A DNA stretch of 64,000 nt from the human T2T-CHM13v2.0 reference genome, Homo sapiens (GCF_009914755.1 NC_060928.1); one strand, 5' to 3'; shown: positions 1 to 13,310, counted from the stretch's first letter. The notes: generated by a model not told the origin, from the letters alone. Numbers and translations: made by a program.

Positions 1-303
1 GTTAAGAAACATGACATTTTCTTATGTGTCCTCTAAAACTTCTGTTTATTATCAGCAACAGCTTCTCTATCCTCAACTCCATCTCTGAATGTTCATTTTA
101 CTTTCCTGCTCTAAGACAAACTGGGCCAGCTACCCACTGAGGGACTCTTCCCAAGTAGAGGCTGTTATATCTACAATACCCCAAGCTCCTTAGTTTCAGC
201 CACAGCCAGATGTCAGTCTATTCTGCCCGTTATTAAAATCCAAAACCTATGAACTTAACTTCAATTGCAAGAAACTTCCCTTTTAGAGGCTAATTATTAT
301 GTT

Positions 304-479
<176 letters not shown>

Positions 480-485
480 TAATTA

Positions 486-1750
486 TTATGTTGGTGCAAA
501 AGTAATTGCGGTTTTAGACCATGAATTTTAAATCATTATAACTAGGCTCAAATACATCTTTATTAATCACAATCGGAACCATTAAAATTAACACATTTTT
601 GCCAATGAGAAATAAGTTTGTTTATTCCTGTAGCATAAAAATCTGTGCTTCGGGATTTGACAAACTCTTAGAAAGCATTTTCTGCATCCTGCTGGTTGTA
701 GAAGGTTTTCCCTGCAAAACAAACAAACAAAAATTGTCGAGATACTTGAAGAAGTGGTAGTCAGTTGGCAAGAGATCATGTGAATATGGTGGATGAGGCA
801 AAATTTTGTAGCCCAAGTCGTTCAACTTTTGAAGCATTGGTTGTGCGACGTGTGGTCCTGAGTTGTCGTGGAGAAGAATTGAGCCCGTTCTGTTGGCCAG
901 TGCTGGTTGCAGGCATTGCGGTATTTGGTGCACCTCATAGATTTGCTGAGCATATTTCTCAGATGTAATTATTTCACCAGGATTCAGAAAGATGTAGTGG
1001 ATCAGACCGGCAGCAGACCACCAAACAGTCACCAAGTTTGAGTTTGGGAAGTGCTTTGGATCTTCTCGGTCCAACCACTGAGCTGGTCATCGCCAGTTGT
1101 CATATAAAATCCACTTTTTGTCGCACATCACAATCCGATCAAAAAATGGTTCGTTTGTTGTTGTGTAGAGTAAGAGAAGATGACACTTTAAAACGACGAT
1201 TTTTTTTATTTTCGCTCAACTCATGAGGCACCCAGTTATCCAGCTGTTTCACCTTTCCTGTTTGCTTCAAATGCCAAACTACTGTAGAAAGATCGACATT
1301 GAGTTCTTCGGCAACTTCTTGAGTAGTTGTAAGAGAATCAGCTTCGATAATTGCTTTCATTTGGTCTTTGTCAACTTCTGATGGCCAGCCACTATGCTCC
1401 TCATCTTCAAGGCTCTTGTCTCCTTTGCAAAATTTGAACCACCACTGCACTGTACATTTGTTAGCAGTTCCTGAGCCAAATGTGTTGTTGATGTGGCAAG
1501 TTGTCTTCACTGCTTTATGACCCATTTTGAACTCAAATAAGAAAATTGCTGGAATTTGTTTTTTGTCTAACATCATTTCCATAGTCTAAAATAAACAGCA
1601 AGTAATAAGTCATAAGCAAAAAAAAAATAAAGTGAGAAATGCCCATTAAAATGATGTATAATATAACCACATTTATTTAAGAATGTACTCCAATATCAAA
1701 CAGCAAATTCCAACAATGCAAAAACCACAATTACATTTGCACCAACCTAA
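486..1750 (-). mobile_element. Hsmar1 mariner DNA transposon, near full length (~1265 bp)
   Basis: Terminal inverted repeats (TIRs): ttatgttggtgcaaaagtaattgcggtt at 486-513 and aaccacaattacatttgcaccaacctaa ending at 1750. TA at 484-485. Internal mariner transposase. Confidence 0.97.
563..1582 (-). pseudogene. Frameshifted Hsmar1 transposase (DD34D mariner family; homologous to the SETMAR transposase domain)
   Basis: ORF 1582-1139 reads MEMMLDKKQI...WVPHEL. The next frame has RIVMCDKKW. ORF 1074-622 has LLHDN, HPPYSHDLLPTDYHFF. The C-terminus KCVNFNGSDCD* ends at 563. Multiple frameshifts. Confidence 0.95.
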
Positions 1751-2199
1751 TGGGTTTATTTCTAAGAGACAATTCTCTCTTAAGATTTTGGCACCTTTCT
1801 CAGATTGTAGCATTGGAAAGTCTTGTGTTCTTGCATAGAACGTTACATTGGTAGTAAACCCAGACAGCATGCCTTATTTGAAAAGCCTTCACCCTTTGCC
1901 CAAATCTAGCTTTTTTAGAACCTTTTAATTACCCTCTGGGCCTGTGTTGTCAGCTTCCCATATATGCCTATGAAACCCATAGGCATATATCCGATCTATC
2001 CATCCACCCATCTCCAATATATCTGTATATTTTTTTCAGCTGGGAAAGCAGCCTTAGAAGAACGTTTATCTGAAGATTCTACTGAATATTTACTAATGGC
2101 TCTGAAGTTTGTGACCCCTAGTGCCTTGTGAGGAGGGAACTGTTTTTCACTTGCCACTAAGAATAGCCTTAAGTATTATTCTCTCCTGATCTCTTACTC

Positions 2200-2377
2200 T
2201 AGAGATTCTCCACCTGATAGACATTAGAATCACCTGGAGAGCACTGCAAAGAGGCTATTGCCAGGACCTCACCACCATATATTCCAGTAAAATTGGTTTG
2301 TGGAGAGGCCCAGGTCTCAGTATTTTTTTTAATTCTCCAGCTGATTCTAATGTGCAGCCACCATTGAAAAACCACTG
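2200..2377. mobile_element. MER5A1-like hAT-Charlie MITE
   Basis: acattagaatcacctggaga...ctgattctaatgtgcagcca...aaccactg, with the internal inverted symmetry typical of MER5. Confidence 0.8.
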
Positions 2378-2993
2378 TCATACTTTTCAACTGAGTTGAT
2401 AACAGTTCCAACTTCTTTGTTGACTCTTTTGTGGCCTTCCACAAGTAAGGCCAATGCTACTTGTTAGTTTTAAAAACCCTCTATCCTACCTTCCTTTGTA
2501 TTCTGGTGAACACGTTGTGTTTTCCTAATTTAATAATTTAGATTTCATCTTGTGAAATCCCATATTGTAGCAATTATGAAATCAATGATCACTGTCTTCC
2601 CAAAGCATCTGTTGTTCATATAATTTTTATCTGCCATCATTTCAGAGTCAGATAATTTCATTCAGGCTCATTCTTTCATCCAACCAAGATCTATTCCAAC
2701 TGCATCTATTCTTATTCTACCAGGTTTCTGACTGATAAGCCTCATCACTGCTGCACATTCCCTTGAATTTCACAATTTTTAGTTATGTTCCCAAAGACAC
2801 AGCCTGCAGAGTCATCTGCCGTACTGTTGAACTCATTTGGATATTCTTTCAGAATCTTATATTGACCTTCTCCCAAATCAATAACCATACAGTCTTATGA
2901 TACAATCTTTCTATGTTTAATATAGCATAACTAGTTTTATGGAGAATACAGGGTCTAGGAAAGGTATCGGCAGATTTAAGGGACCATTTTACG

Positions 2994-3035
2994 TTAATCT
3001 CCTGGATCTTACTATTAATCTCCTGGATCTTACTA
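2994..3035. repeat. Perfect 21-bp tandem duplication
   Basis: ttaatctcctggatcttacta x2. Confidence 0.95.
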
Positions 3036-3499
3036 TCTGGAAAGTCATTCCAGTTTGCTCTCCATGATCTTCATCCTATTCCTCTGATAAATTTATCTGG
3101 GAAAAAGTCATAGTTTCTGATCAATAACAACTCAAATATATACCCATCTTGTGATTTTTCTTGGCCCCTCTTTAAGAGAGCTTAATCCTGGATATATTTC
3201 TTTTATTCCCACTGTTTGCAATTTGTACTGCATTTTGATATCCTGTTTTCCACTCTTTACTTTCTCTTAAGTCTTTGAGGATGGAGGTTTTCTCTTAAGG
3301 ACATACCTCTGTTCTTTTAATATAGTCAGCTTTATTTTCTTGTTTTATTCTTTGTTCTCCCTCTGTTCTTGTTAAGATAGCAAGATTGAAACTCCAGTTT
3401 ATCTTTGACATCCCGGGAAAAACATGATTCCTAGAGATAGAAATCAGGACATTTTTAATTAATAGTTTTTGTCAACAAAACATTTGGTTTAAAAAATAG

Positions 3500-4110
3500 T
3501 CTTGATTTAGAAAAGTATATATAAATGAACAGTACAAAGACTTATTATAAAATGAACAAACCCATGCAACCATCACCTAGGGCAAAAATTAGAAAATTAC
3601 CACAAGCAACCCAGAAGCAACCTTCTTGCTACCTGCCAATCATTACTCTCACTACCTCAGAATGTACCCACCAATCTTGACTTCTACCACCACTTCCTAT
3701 TTTTGAAATTTATATAAATGAAAACATATTTTTAAAAATTTCTGGCTTCTTTCACTCAATGCCATACTTATAAAATGCAATCATGCTGTTGCATGTGCAA
3801 TAATTTAGCCATTTTATCACAGTATAGTAATTCATTTTATAAATATAATCAAGATATGTCTATTTCTATTTTACCATTAGTAGACATTTACTATTGAAAG
3901 TCTTGAAAATTATGAGCAACTTAGGATCTATGAATTCTATCGGTAGCTGTGAAATTATCTTGGCATTAAACTATTACAAATAACACTGCTTTGAATATTC
4001 TTTTTTTTTTTTGAATATTCTTATATGTCTCTTTTGGTTGATGTAAGTGTTTGACTTTGTCAGACACATACCTATGGAGTAGAATTGCTGGCTATATGGA
4101 TCAACTGTGC
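3500..4110 (-). mobile_element. Old L1M (L1ME/MD-like) 3' fragment
   Basis: catgcaaccatcacctag...tttgaaatttatataaatg...ctggcttctttcactcaat...atacctatggagtagaattgctgg resembles the antisense L1M 3' end. Confidence 0.7.
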
Positions 4111-4344
4111 CAGGATCTAGTTGATGCAGTTTCATGCCCAAGGCTTTGATATATTTTGAAAAAGTTAAATAATGACTTTTTTTTACATTTACCAGTATAT
4201 ATATCCCAGAAAGACATAACTGATCTAATAAAATAATACACAGTGGTGGAAGTAAGTGATATGATTGTAGCTGAACAATTTCCAATATTTAGGCAGAAAT
4301 GTCATATACTTGAAAAGACAATTAACCATTTATCACAATCTGAT

Positions 4345-4585
4345 AGGCCTGGATCATAGAAGGCTCTGTGAGTCAGGTTACGATGTTTGCCTTAGATTCT
4401 CTGGGTAATAGATATTGAGCAACAGAGTGACCTGGATGGAGTTATCCTTTAGGGAGACATCCTGGCAGAACGGCGTGAAGTGAAATGAAGGTGAACTGAA
4501 GTCAGTGAGCCATTTAGAATCTTCTCATGAAAGTCCAGAGAAAACACAGAAAGGGATCAAGCTAGAGCAATGACAGTGGATGACA
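4345..4585 (-). mobile_element. L2 LINE fragment
   Basis: ggatcatagaaggctctgtgagtcaggtta...gagtgacctggatggagttatcctttagggagacatcctggcag resembles antisense L2. Confidence 0.6.
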
Positions 4586-5703
4586 ATCACTCTACAAGGA
4601 AAAATTGAAGGTTGGGAGACAGGAAAGTTTTCCTGTCCTGGCTGGAGAAACAATTTTTAATGACTGTATAGCCTGTTCTTTGTAAAATTTCCTATCCATT
4701 TTCTCAGGAGGAGACAAGATAGGAGAACTTTAGTGGTCAATCACCCTTCTAAGAATCAATTAATAAAGATACCAATAAATACTGATTCCATTTCCTCAGA
4801 CTGATTCTTTTAAGTGGGGGAAGTAAAAGGCTGAATTAAAGGTAATATAACAGTCTTATATTTATGTAATTTCTAAGGTAGCTGCATTGCTTGTCAGTGT
4901 ATACTTAATGTATGATGACAGTTCAGAACTGATTTTTTTCCTTTGGGATTTTTAATAATAATTATTTACTGCATTTTCAAAGCCCTTGTCTATATCAGCA
5001 GGATGTTATATTGTATGACAAGCAATTCAAGACTCATACTTCCTAGTAGTGGCCTCTTTTTGGAGACTTCAGAAAATGCCAGGCAGGGGGTGATAACAGA
5101 GAAAGAGCTTAATAAATGTTGCACCAAAAATGAATCCAGAAACCAGTCTTTCTTTGTAGTAGTTTCATGACATTCAAATGTACCAAGAGCGTCACCATTG
5201 ACTTTTCACAGGTTAGAGACATCTTGCAATTTCTAGCCAAACTTCAACTTTGGTTCCAACTTTATATGACTAAGAACAAATTGATTCAACTTAAAAAGAA
5301 AAATTGTTATTCCTTTATACAATAAGAATAAGAGGATTAGGAGGGAAAAAAATGTTTACCTCACAGAAGTACAGCAGATTGCACAGAATTGTTCTAACAA
5401 TTTTAGTCATGCTAATAAAGTCACTGGATTTCCACCCTCATGAGGGAGCTTCTCAAATTACTCAAAAATCTGCTTTGGGTGTTTTTGCTTTCAGAAGCTC
5501 AGAAATTACTAGTGGGGGATAGTTAATATCTTCCCACAGAGATAAGAACAGAATCACCAAGAGAATTAAAGGAAAAGCAGAGAAATGGAGCGTTCAGTGC
5601 AATGTGCTCAGGAGAATCTGACTGTGAATCTAATGCCAACTCAGCTGCCACTTACAGCCACATCTTCTTTAAAATATAAACTAAAAAAAAAATTACGTTT
5701 TGC

Positions 5704-6154
5704 TGTCGTGCCAAACCCCTATCCACTCCAATGGATATGGTACCAGGTTTAAGAGGCTGAAGAAGAGACCCAGAGCCAGTGAAAAAGACATGGAGTTTTA
5801 CTGGTGGCTTACATAGAGGGGAGAGAGTCCAGTTGCAGCAGGCTGAACAGGAGAGCCACAACCACTTGCAAAGGCACGCAGTTTACATAGCATTTTCACT
5901 GAACACCCTTTCCCTATCAACCTCCACCTGACAACCTTCATTCAACACAAAACTCAAGGCCTTCATGTCCCATGTGACCAGTATTCCACAGGACAAGTCG
6001 GGGCTCAGATGTTCCTCACAGAAAAGGAATGAATTGCCAGGTTGGCCACTGCCAGGTTCCCTAGCTTGGAACATACACATTCAGGTGCATCTGTCATACA
6101 GGCTTATTTTCAAGACATGCTTAAGTTGTTTCTATCAGATGTGTTTACCATGTA
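5704..6154 (-). mobile_element. Solo LTR, LTR47-like (ERVL)
   Basis: tgtcgtgccaaacccctat...aagaggctgaagaagagacccagagccag...tttaccatgta. Near-perfect 5-bp target-site duplication (TSD) tttgc/tttgt. Confidence 0.75.
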
Positions 6155-7612
6155 TTTGTCAATAGCTTTCTTCAAGAATCACAGCCAGGATGAGGAAGAC
6201 TTGAAAACAGCACTGTGATCAGAAATTATCCCTTCAGCACAATTTTTCTGATTTTTGTCATTTTGCAAGTCAACATTCAGGGACACCTTGCAGAAATACA
6301 CTCAGGCACCTGTGTGTACTGTTTATATTTAAGGTTTGTGTTTCTATGTCATTCTTCACTAATACCCAAGATAGCCCTAGGCACTCCTAAAACTATACCA
6401 ACATTACAAAGTGTCAAGTTAGCACCCCTAAAAAATTATCTCACAGTTACATTTTTAGGACATTCCAAATTCATGGGCTCAGAGGCCTTTCTTGGAGCTC
6501 TATCACAGAGGAAGAGACAAGTATATAATGGGCCAGGAGGCTTTCTGTTGTTCTTTCTGTCAAAAATCATTCAGACATGATGTTTATTTGTAGTAGCATT
6601 TTTGTCTGGGCTAAAGGAAGATGGATGAACTAAAACCTACTTGGGCTTGTCATTAATGGCCCAAATCAATCATTGAAAAAGGCCACTGCATTACCTCAAG
6701 GAGAGGATGAAAGCAATGGCATTTTGGTAAAGAGAGAGATGACTTTACTTCACTGATGGTAATTTTAATCATAAATAATTTATTAATGTCCTCCCTCTTG
6801 GTGGTGGACAGATTCTTGATTTATTTATATTAGTGTGGTAAATTGAATCAACTAACTTTACTAAAAGATTAGAAAAATGTTAACCCTATGAAAAGGTAGT
6901 AAACAAGCAAGCTACATTCTGTCCTATGTGGTAATATAAGAGATCAACAAAAAGGGTTTGCATCATATTTTCCACAGTACAACCTTTCAAAGTAAAAAAA
7001 TAATAATTTTGTGGATTGTGCTGAATGTGATGAAACTCCATTAGATCGTGAATTTGAGGTAGGATGGGGTTATCAACGGTTTTGCAAAAGATCACATTTA
7101 TAGTTCAGAGCTGCCTCAGCTCAGAAGTGTCCTTCATTTATACTCCTTAGTGTATTCACTAAGATAGTAAACGAAAGAAGCTTCATGAATGTCGAATTAG
7201 TAGATATCATTTCTGTACTACTTGGTTTCCAGGTCTTTGGGTTCCATAGCAATTGGCATTAGCAAAGATCACAGCCTAGGGGATGGTTAAAATACAATTG
7301 TATTCACACTTTTTTTATCCTGCAATAGAAGAGCTATTTTCAATTCGATTGAATACATATATGGGATATAGGCCTAAGAGAGTGACGAATTTAGCTTAGA
7401 ACAACACTCAGAGGATAAACACATCCCTGTTCTGTGGAATATGCCCACTTTCAACAATGAAGGTGACCCTGCATCGGGAAGTACTTGGCTGGACTAGTTG
7501 TTTCCTAGGCTCTTGACCCCAGTGTATTACAACCCGGGATGCTTAAATAACTTGCAAATAAGACTGTAATACCTCTATCAGTGAATGCTAGAGATGAAGA
7601 AAAGCCTTATCT

Positions 7613-7642
7613 AAAAAAAAAAAAGAAGAAGAAGAAGAAGAA
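7613..7642 (+). repeat. A12 run followed by (GAA)6
   Basis: Read directly from the sequence. Confidence 0.9.
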
Positions 7643-8405
7643 ACACGAATTGAAGGCTACCAAGCTTGGTATTGATCCTGGTGAAGTTTGTGAAACAAGC
7701 CATCAGTGGATGGTTTGTGAGCATTGTAAAGGAGGGTCACTGGATGAAAGATGGAATCACTAAGAGGACACCGTCTTGTCCTTTTTCCTTTTCATTTATT
7801 TTGCTTATAGTGTCACTAGAGCAGTTTATTTCTTTGGGAAATGCAGCCCCTCTGGGAAAAAAAAAAGGCTAGTACTAATTTAAAAAGTGAAGAAAGCTGA
7901 AGGTGATGGTTCTTTGCCAGAAAATAAAAGTTTGGAAATAGCAAGAGTGAAAAAATAAATTTTATGGTAGTTTAGAAACAATACATAAACAAGTTCACTA
8001 TGTGATCTATAAAGAAACAAGAAAAAGTTTCATTAAAATAATTCAGTATTTCTTCCAGACCAAAAATAAAAAAATAGTATTTGCTACAGTGGTACTTGCA
8101 AATTTTGAAGTCTCAATACAGAAGGTATTATTATCTACAGCATGAATTATTAATTTTGATTCACAGAATCAAAATTACTAGAACTTCCTGAATAGATTTT
8201 ACTATACAACAATCATTCTTCAAAGTTAGAAAGCCTTCTGTCTTTATTTTGCTGATGAGGCTACTGAGACGCAAGTATTTATTTTTAATGAAAATTGATA
8301 AATAAAAGGGGGAATTTAAAATCCAAGTCTCATACAGGTCTATGTACCATACTATTTTCTACATACCTGAAAATTCAACTTTAGTTATATTTTCTTTATA
8401 CCCTT

Positions 8406-8766
8406 TGATATGGTTAGGCTGTGTCCCCACCCAAATCTCAACTTGAATTATAGCTTCCATAATTTCCATGTATCATGGAAGGGACCTGGTGGGAGGTAAT
8501 TAAATCATGGGGGCGATTCTTTCCTATGCCGCTCTCATGATAGTGAATAAGTCTCACAAGATCTGATGGTTTTATAAAGGGCAGTTCCCCTGCACACACT
8601 CTGTTGCCTGCTGCCGTGTAAGACATGACTTTGCTCCTCCTTGACCTTCCACCGTGATTGTGAGGCCTCCCCACCAATGTGAGACTGCAAGTCAATTAAA
8701 CCTCTTTCTTTTGTAAAGTACCCAGTCTTGAGTATGTCTTCATTAGCAGCGTGAGAACAGAATATA
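8406..8766 (+). mobile_element. THE1B/C-type MaLR solo LTR
   Basis: tgatatggttaggctgtgtccccacccaaatctca...attaaacctctttc...agcagcgtgagaacag. Flanks ccctt/ccctc. Confidence 0.93.
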
Positions 8767-9044
8767 CCCTCTCATGCATCAAATGGTGAATATGGATTTG
8801 GCTGCCCCTTACCAAGCAATTCAAGATGGGTACCTAAGAAAAATCAGTGTATAAGTTACAAATGTAAAATTCTAGGTAAAGACTACAAATAATAACAATT
8901 AGAGGAGAAAAAAATGAAATGTACTAGTATTTTTATATCACAGAGATAAAAGATCTTTAAAGTTTTTCTAAAATTTTATGCAGGAAACATCACAGATTTC
9001 ATTTTATAATTTTGAAATGAAGAAATAATACATCTAATGTGTTC

Positions 9045-9310
9045 CCAACCCTCCCTATTAGTCATCCTCTATTTTACTACTATACTATTTCTTTGGCTCA
9101 GTATTTGTGATTTTCTAAAAGTACACTATTTATACATTTATTTATTTGCTTATTGTCTGTCTTTGCCTGAATTTTACCTTTTTCTAAAATTAAGTTATTT
9201 GTACATTTATTTATTATCTCTCTCACTTGTATGGAATTTTGTCTGCTTTGTTGACATCTGATGCCTAAGTAGTATCTGAAATATAGTAAGAATTCAATAC
9301 ATATTCTCTA
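9045..9310 (+). mobile_element. L2 3' end fragment
   Basis: tttatttgcttattgtctgtct...ttttgtctgctttgttgac...atatagtaagaattcaatacatatt. Confidence 0.55.
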
Positions 9311-10289
9311 AAAACAATTTAAAATATGAAAACATATACACATAATATGTGATATATATATTTGCTAGGTGAACGATGTTAATTTAACACACATACATAT
9401 TTGCTAAAATTCTAACTAAATTTCTTCCTTTTAGCATTGCTACTTTTTCTAAGAATAATGAGCAACTCAGCCCTTCTTTTATTTGCAAGGTCTCCACATT
9501 TTCTAGAACATCAATAGAAAGGTTTAAACCTTAAAATATTAAAATGATGGCCTATGGAATGTCTGGATATATCTGCATTTTTCATGATAATCCTAGTAAA
9601 AACATGTATTTTATTAATATTTAACCTTTGAAGCAGGTGTGTATTTAAATATTTTAATATATTCGCTGATTATCTTAAGAAGGCACACATGTCAAATTTT
9701 AATGCATTATATCTTATTCGGAAATAACAGGAATCTTGGCCTTGTAGTATTGCTAGACCTATAAAATAAAGTATGATCTCATGAGAAAATGGGGACAAAT
9801 GTAGATGTCTGGTGGAAAGAAAACAAATGCAAGCACAAAGACTAAGTTGAAATATAATAGAGTATTGATACAAGGGAAGAACTTAACTAAAAAGTAAAAT
9901 AAAACCTTAGAAAACTCTTCAAATGCTGCCACAAAAGCACAATGCTCGCCTTAGTGTTTGTCTAGACTCCATTTATACCTTTATTATTTCCAATTGGGTA
10001 TACACCAAACATCAAGTCAAAATTATTTTCTGAACACTGGTTCCAGATTATGTCAGATGTTGTGGGTTGTACTTTTAAAATAAACTATAAAATATATAGT
10101 AGCCATCTGTCTTAGAATTTTCTGTTCCTTGTTTTTTTAAGGCATAACAGGCAAAAATAGAATCAAATAAAGGAAAACAGCTGTGATGGAAAACTTTGCA
10201 AGGCTGATAATTTCACTCTTAAACTAGCACTGAAATTAACACATTAGTCATTTTGAAAAACCAGATTTGTCTTTTTATTAAAAACTGGT

Positions 10290-10596
<307 letters not shown>

Positions 10597-11509
10597 CTGG
10601 TTTGGATTTTTATAATTAAATTGTCTAATTACATTAGCACCACTTTGTCTCAAGTCATTAATGCTGAAGGAGAATATTATAAAATCTTAAATTTGCACAA
10701 ACTAAAAATGGCATGCCATTGACATTTATATAACATACTGATATAAAGATTTTACCTAAACTTACCATTTGAAATGGCAGTGAGTTGGCAGCTGCATGAA
10801 TTAGACTCTCACGATTTCCCATTTGAAATGTGTTTATATGATAGAAATAATATTTCCAGAATTTTGAAGAAATTTCTATAAATGATAAGGTTAATCTAAC
10901 TTATCATCTGTAAAGTCTAACAAAAAAATCTAACTTATAAAAAATATTTTCCTACCTGAAAAAATACAAGAAGAAAAATGTTATCTATTCATTGTCTCTT
11001 CATGGATTCAGAACTCTTAGGACTGTATCTTTGCTCCAGATCATTGTTACTCCCCACCCTGTCACATAAAACTCACTCTGAGAAACGCATGCAATTTTGC
11101 CACACTCTCCACTGCTTTCCTGTTACAGTAATCACAGCCTTTGCCATCTGGCCCACAGTCTTCCTCTCCATGTTAAACCCTGCCATCTGTCGGAAGGACT
11201 GCAGTGTCCCATCACTAACCCATCCTTCTCAGTTCCTTGGCCTGCTGGTTCCAAGTCACCTTTACTTCCACATGCAACTCAACCACCCGCAACTAGATTG
11301 ATACCTCAGTCTTAGCTACAACCACAAATGCTCCACCTCCAAAAACACTCCAGGTGGTTTCCTGCTTTCTCACCATACTGCTTCTCCTTCCCACTTGCTT
11401 ATTCAGCTACTCCTACAACGGTGCTTTGGCCTCATTAGATCACCAGACAGTTGATGGCTCTCCCAATATGTAAGAACTCTTCCTTCTTTACTTTTTTGTT
11501 ATCCAAGTA

Positions 11510-12656
11510 CAATCATGCACCCCATAATGATGCTTCATTCAACCATGGACTTCCCAAAAAATAACGTAGCTGAAAAATTCCTTTCGCCTGGTGACATCAT
11601 AGATGTCCTAATGTCACAGCACAACGTATTACTCATGTGTCTGCGGTGATGTTGGTATAAACAAACCTATTGTGCTACCAGTTGTATAAAAGTGTAACAC
11701 ATACAATTATCTACAGTATATAATTCTTGATAATAAGCAACAATGTTACTGGTTTATATATTTACTACACCTTTATCATTATTTTAGAGTATACTCTTTC
11801 TACTTACTAAAAAGAAATTTAACTGTAAAACAGGCAGGTCCTTCAGGAGGTATCCAGAAGAAGGCACTGTTATCACAGGAGATGACAGCTCCATGTGTGT
11901 TATTACCCCTGAAGACCTTCCAGTGGGACAAGATGTGGAGGTGGAGATGGTGATATTGATGATCCTGGCCCTGCGTAGGCCTAGGCTAGTGTATGTGTTT
12001 GTGTCTTGGTTATTAACAAAAGAGCTTAAAAAGTAAAAAATAAAAATAAAAGTAAACATTTTCAAATACAAAAAAAGTTTATAGAAAATGATATAAAGAA
12101 GGAAAATATTTTTTGTTCAGCTGTACCTGTGTTTGTGTTTTAAGTCTTACTACAAAGGAATCAAAACATTAAAAAAATGAAAAGTTTATAAAGTTAAAAA
12201 GTTACAGTAAACTAGGGTTAATTTATTATTGAAGAAAGAAGAATATTTTTTATAGGTTTAGTACAGCCGAAGGGCACAGTGTTGATAAAGTCTACAGTAG
12301 TGTACAGTAATGCCCTAGGCCTTCACATTCCCTCACCACTCACTCACTGACTCACCTGCAATAACTTCCATTCCTGCAAGCTCCATTCGTAGTAAGTAAC
12401 CTCTCCAGGTATACCATTTTTAATCTTTTATATCATACTTTTACTAAACCATTTTTATGTTTAGATTCACAAATACTTATCATTGTGTTATAATTAATTG
12501 CCTATATTTAGTACAGTAACATGCTGTATAGATTTGTAGCCTAGGAGGAATAGGCTATACTGTGTAGCCCAAGTGTATAGTAGACTATACTGTCCAGGTG
12601 TGTATAAGTACACTATGGCATTCTCACAACGACAAAATTGCCTAACAACATATTTC
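11510..12656 (+). mobile_element. Tigger3b (Golem-derived TcMar-Tigger), right terminus missing
   Basis: ta|caatcatgcac...gctgaaaaattcctttcgcctggtgac...caggtccttcaggaggtatccagaagaaggca...gacaaaattgcctaacaaca. Confidence 0.88.
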
Positions 12657-12664
12657 ATATGTAG

Positions 12665-13310
12665 CAATTATAGCCAGCTGGAAGATATAAAGGGGAAAAA
12701 TACTTCATTTAAAATATCAATAAAAGAGATTTAAAAAAAATACTTAGTATGTAATTTAGCATTAGGTCCAGCTTCATACAACAACAACAAATAAACAGTG
12801 GCTTAGTCACACAGTGGTTATTGTTTCATGTGAAATGTCCCGTGGTCCAATCCAAGACAGGAATAGATGTTTTACATATCCCAGGGGTGCCAGGCTCCCT
12901 CCAGCTTTCTGCTCTGGCCCTGGTGTCCCATTCTTACTACAAGAAAGAAGAAAGAGAAGAGCATGCCCCTCGCTTGGAAAACACTCCTCAAAATTGCACA
13001 TACCACTTCCACTCATATCCCACTGTCTAAAACTCAGTCATATGGCCAGGCTTAACTGCAAGAGAGGCTGTGAAATGTAGCCTTTGTTCTGAGTGGTCAT
13101 ACGCCAGCTAAGATTCAGAGCTTCCACTATCGGGAAAGAAAAGGGGAAATGATACTGGGAGACAACTAGCAGTCTCTGTCACACCTAAGAATAAGTTTAA
13201 GAAAAAAAATATGTAATATCTATAAGAAATACTTTCAAACTGCCTGTTAGATACAAAATAGGATCTAAACAAATACAAAGCACACCACATTCTTGGGTGA
13301 GCAAAGAGAG
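12665..13310 (+). mobile_element. Old L1M ORF2 fragment split by an MLT1 LTR
   Basis: cttcatttaaaatatcaataaaa...aaatactta on the left continues as cctaagaataagtttaa...gatctaaacaaatacaaagcacaccacattcttggg on the right. Confidence 0.55.
12750..13183 (-). mobile_element. MLT1 (MLT1J/K/L-like) MaLR solo LTR
   Basis: aacagtggcttag...ccacttccactcatatcccactgtctaaaactcagtcatatggcc...gacaactagcagtctctgtcaca. Confidence 0.8.

Noticed and set aside
622-1582. SETMAR gene
   Set aside because: There is no SET-domain exon. The element has both TIRs, frameshifts and the ancestral third D, so it is a dispersed Hsmar1 copy.
7000-7560. Possible CR1/L3 LINE remnants (also ~28990-29020)
   Set aside because: The similarity is too short and weak to call by eye.
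7581-7763. ORF with poly-Lys and a CxxC-like motif (VCEHCKG)
   Set aside because: It depends on the A/GAA simple repeat, has no ATG start, and I recognise no homology or splice context.
8438-8695. 85-aa ORF (ELPFIKPSDLVRLIHYHE)
   Set aside because: Antisense translation of the THE1 LTR.
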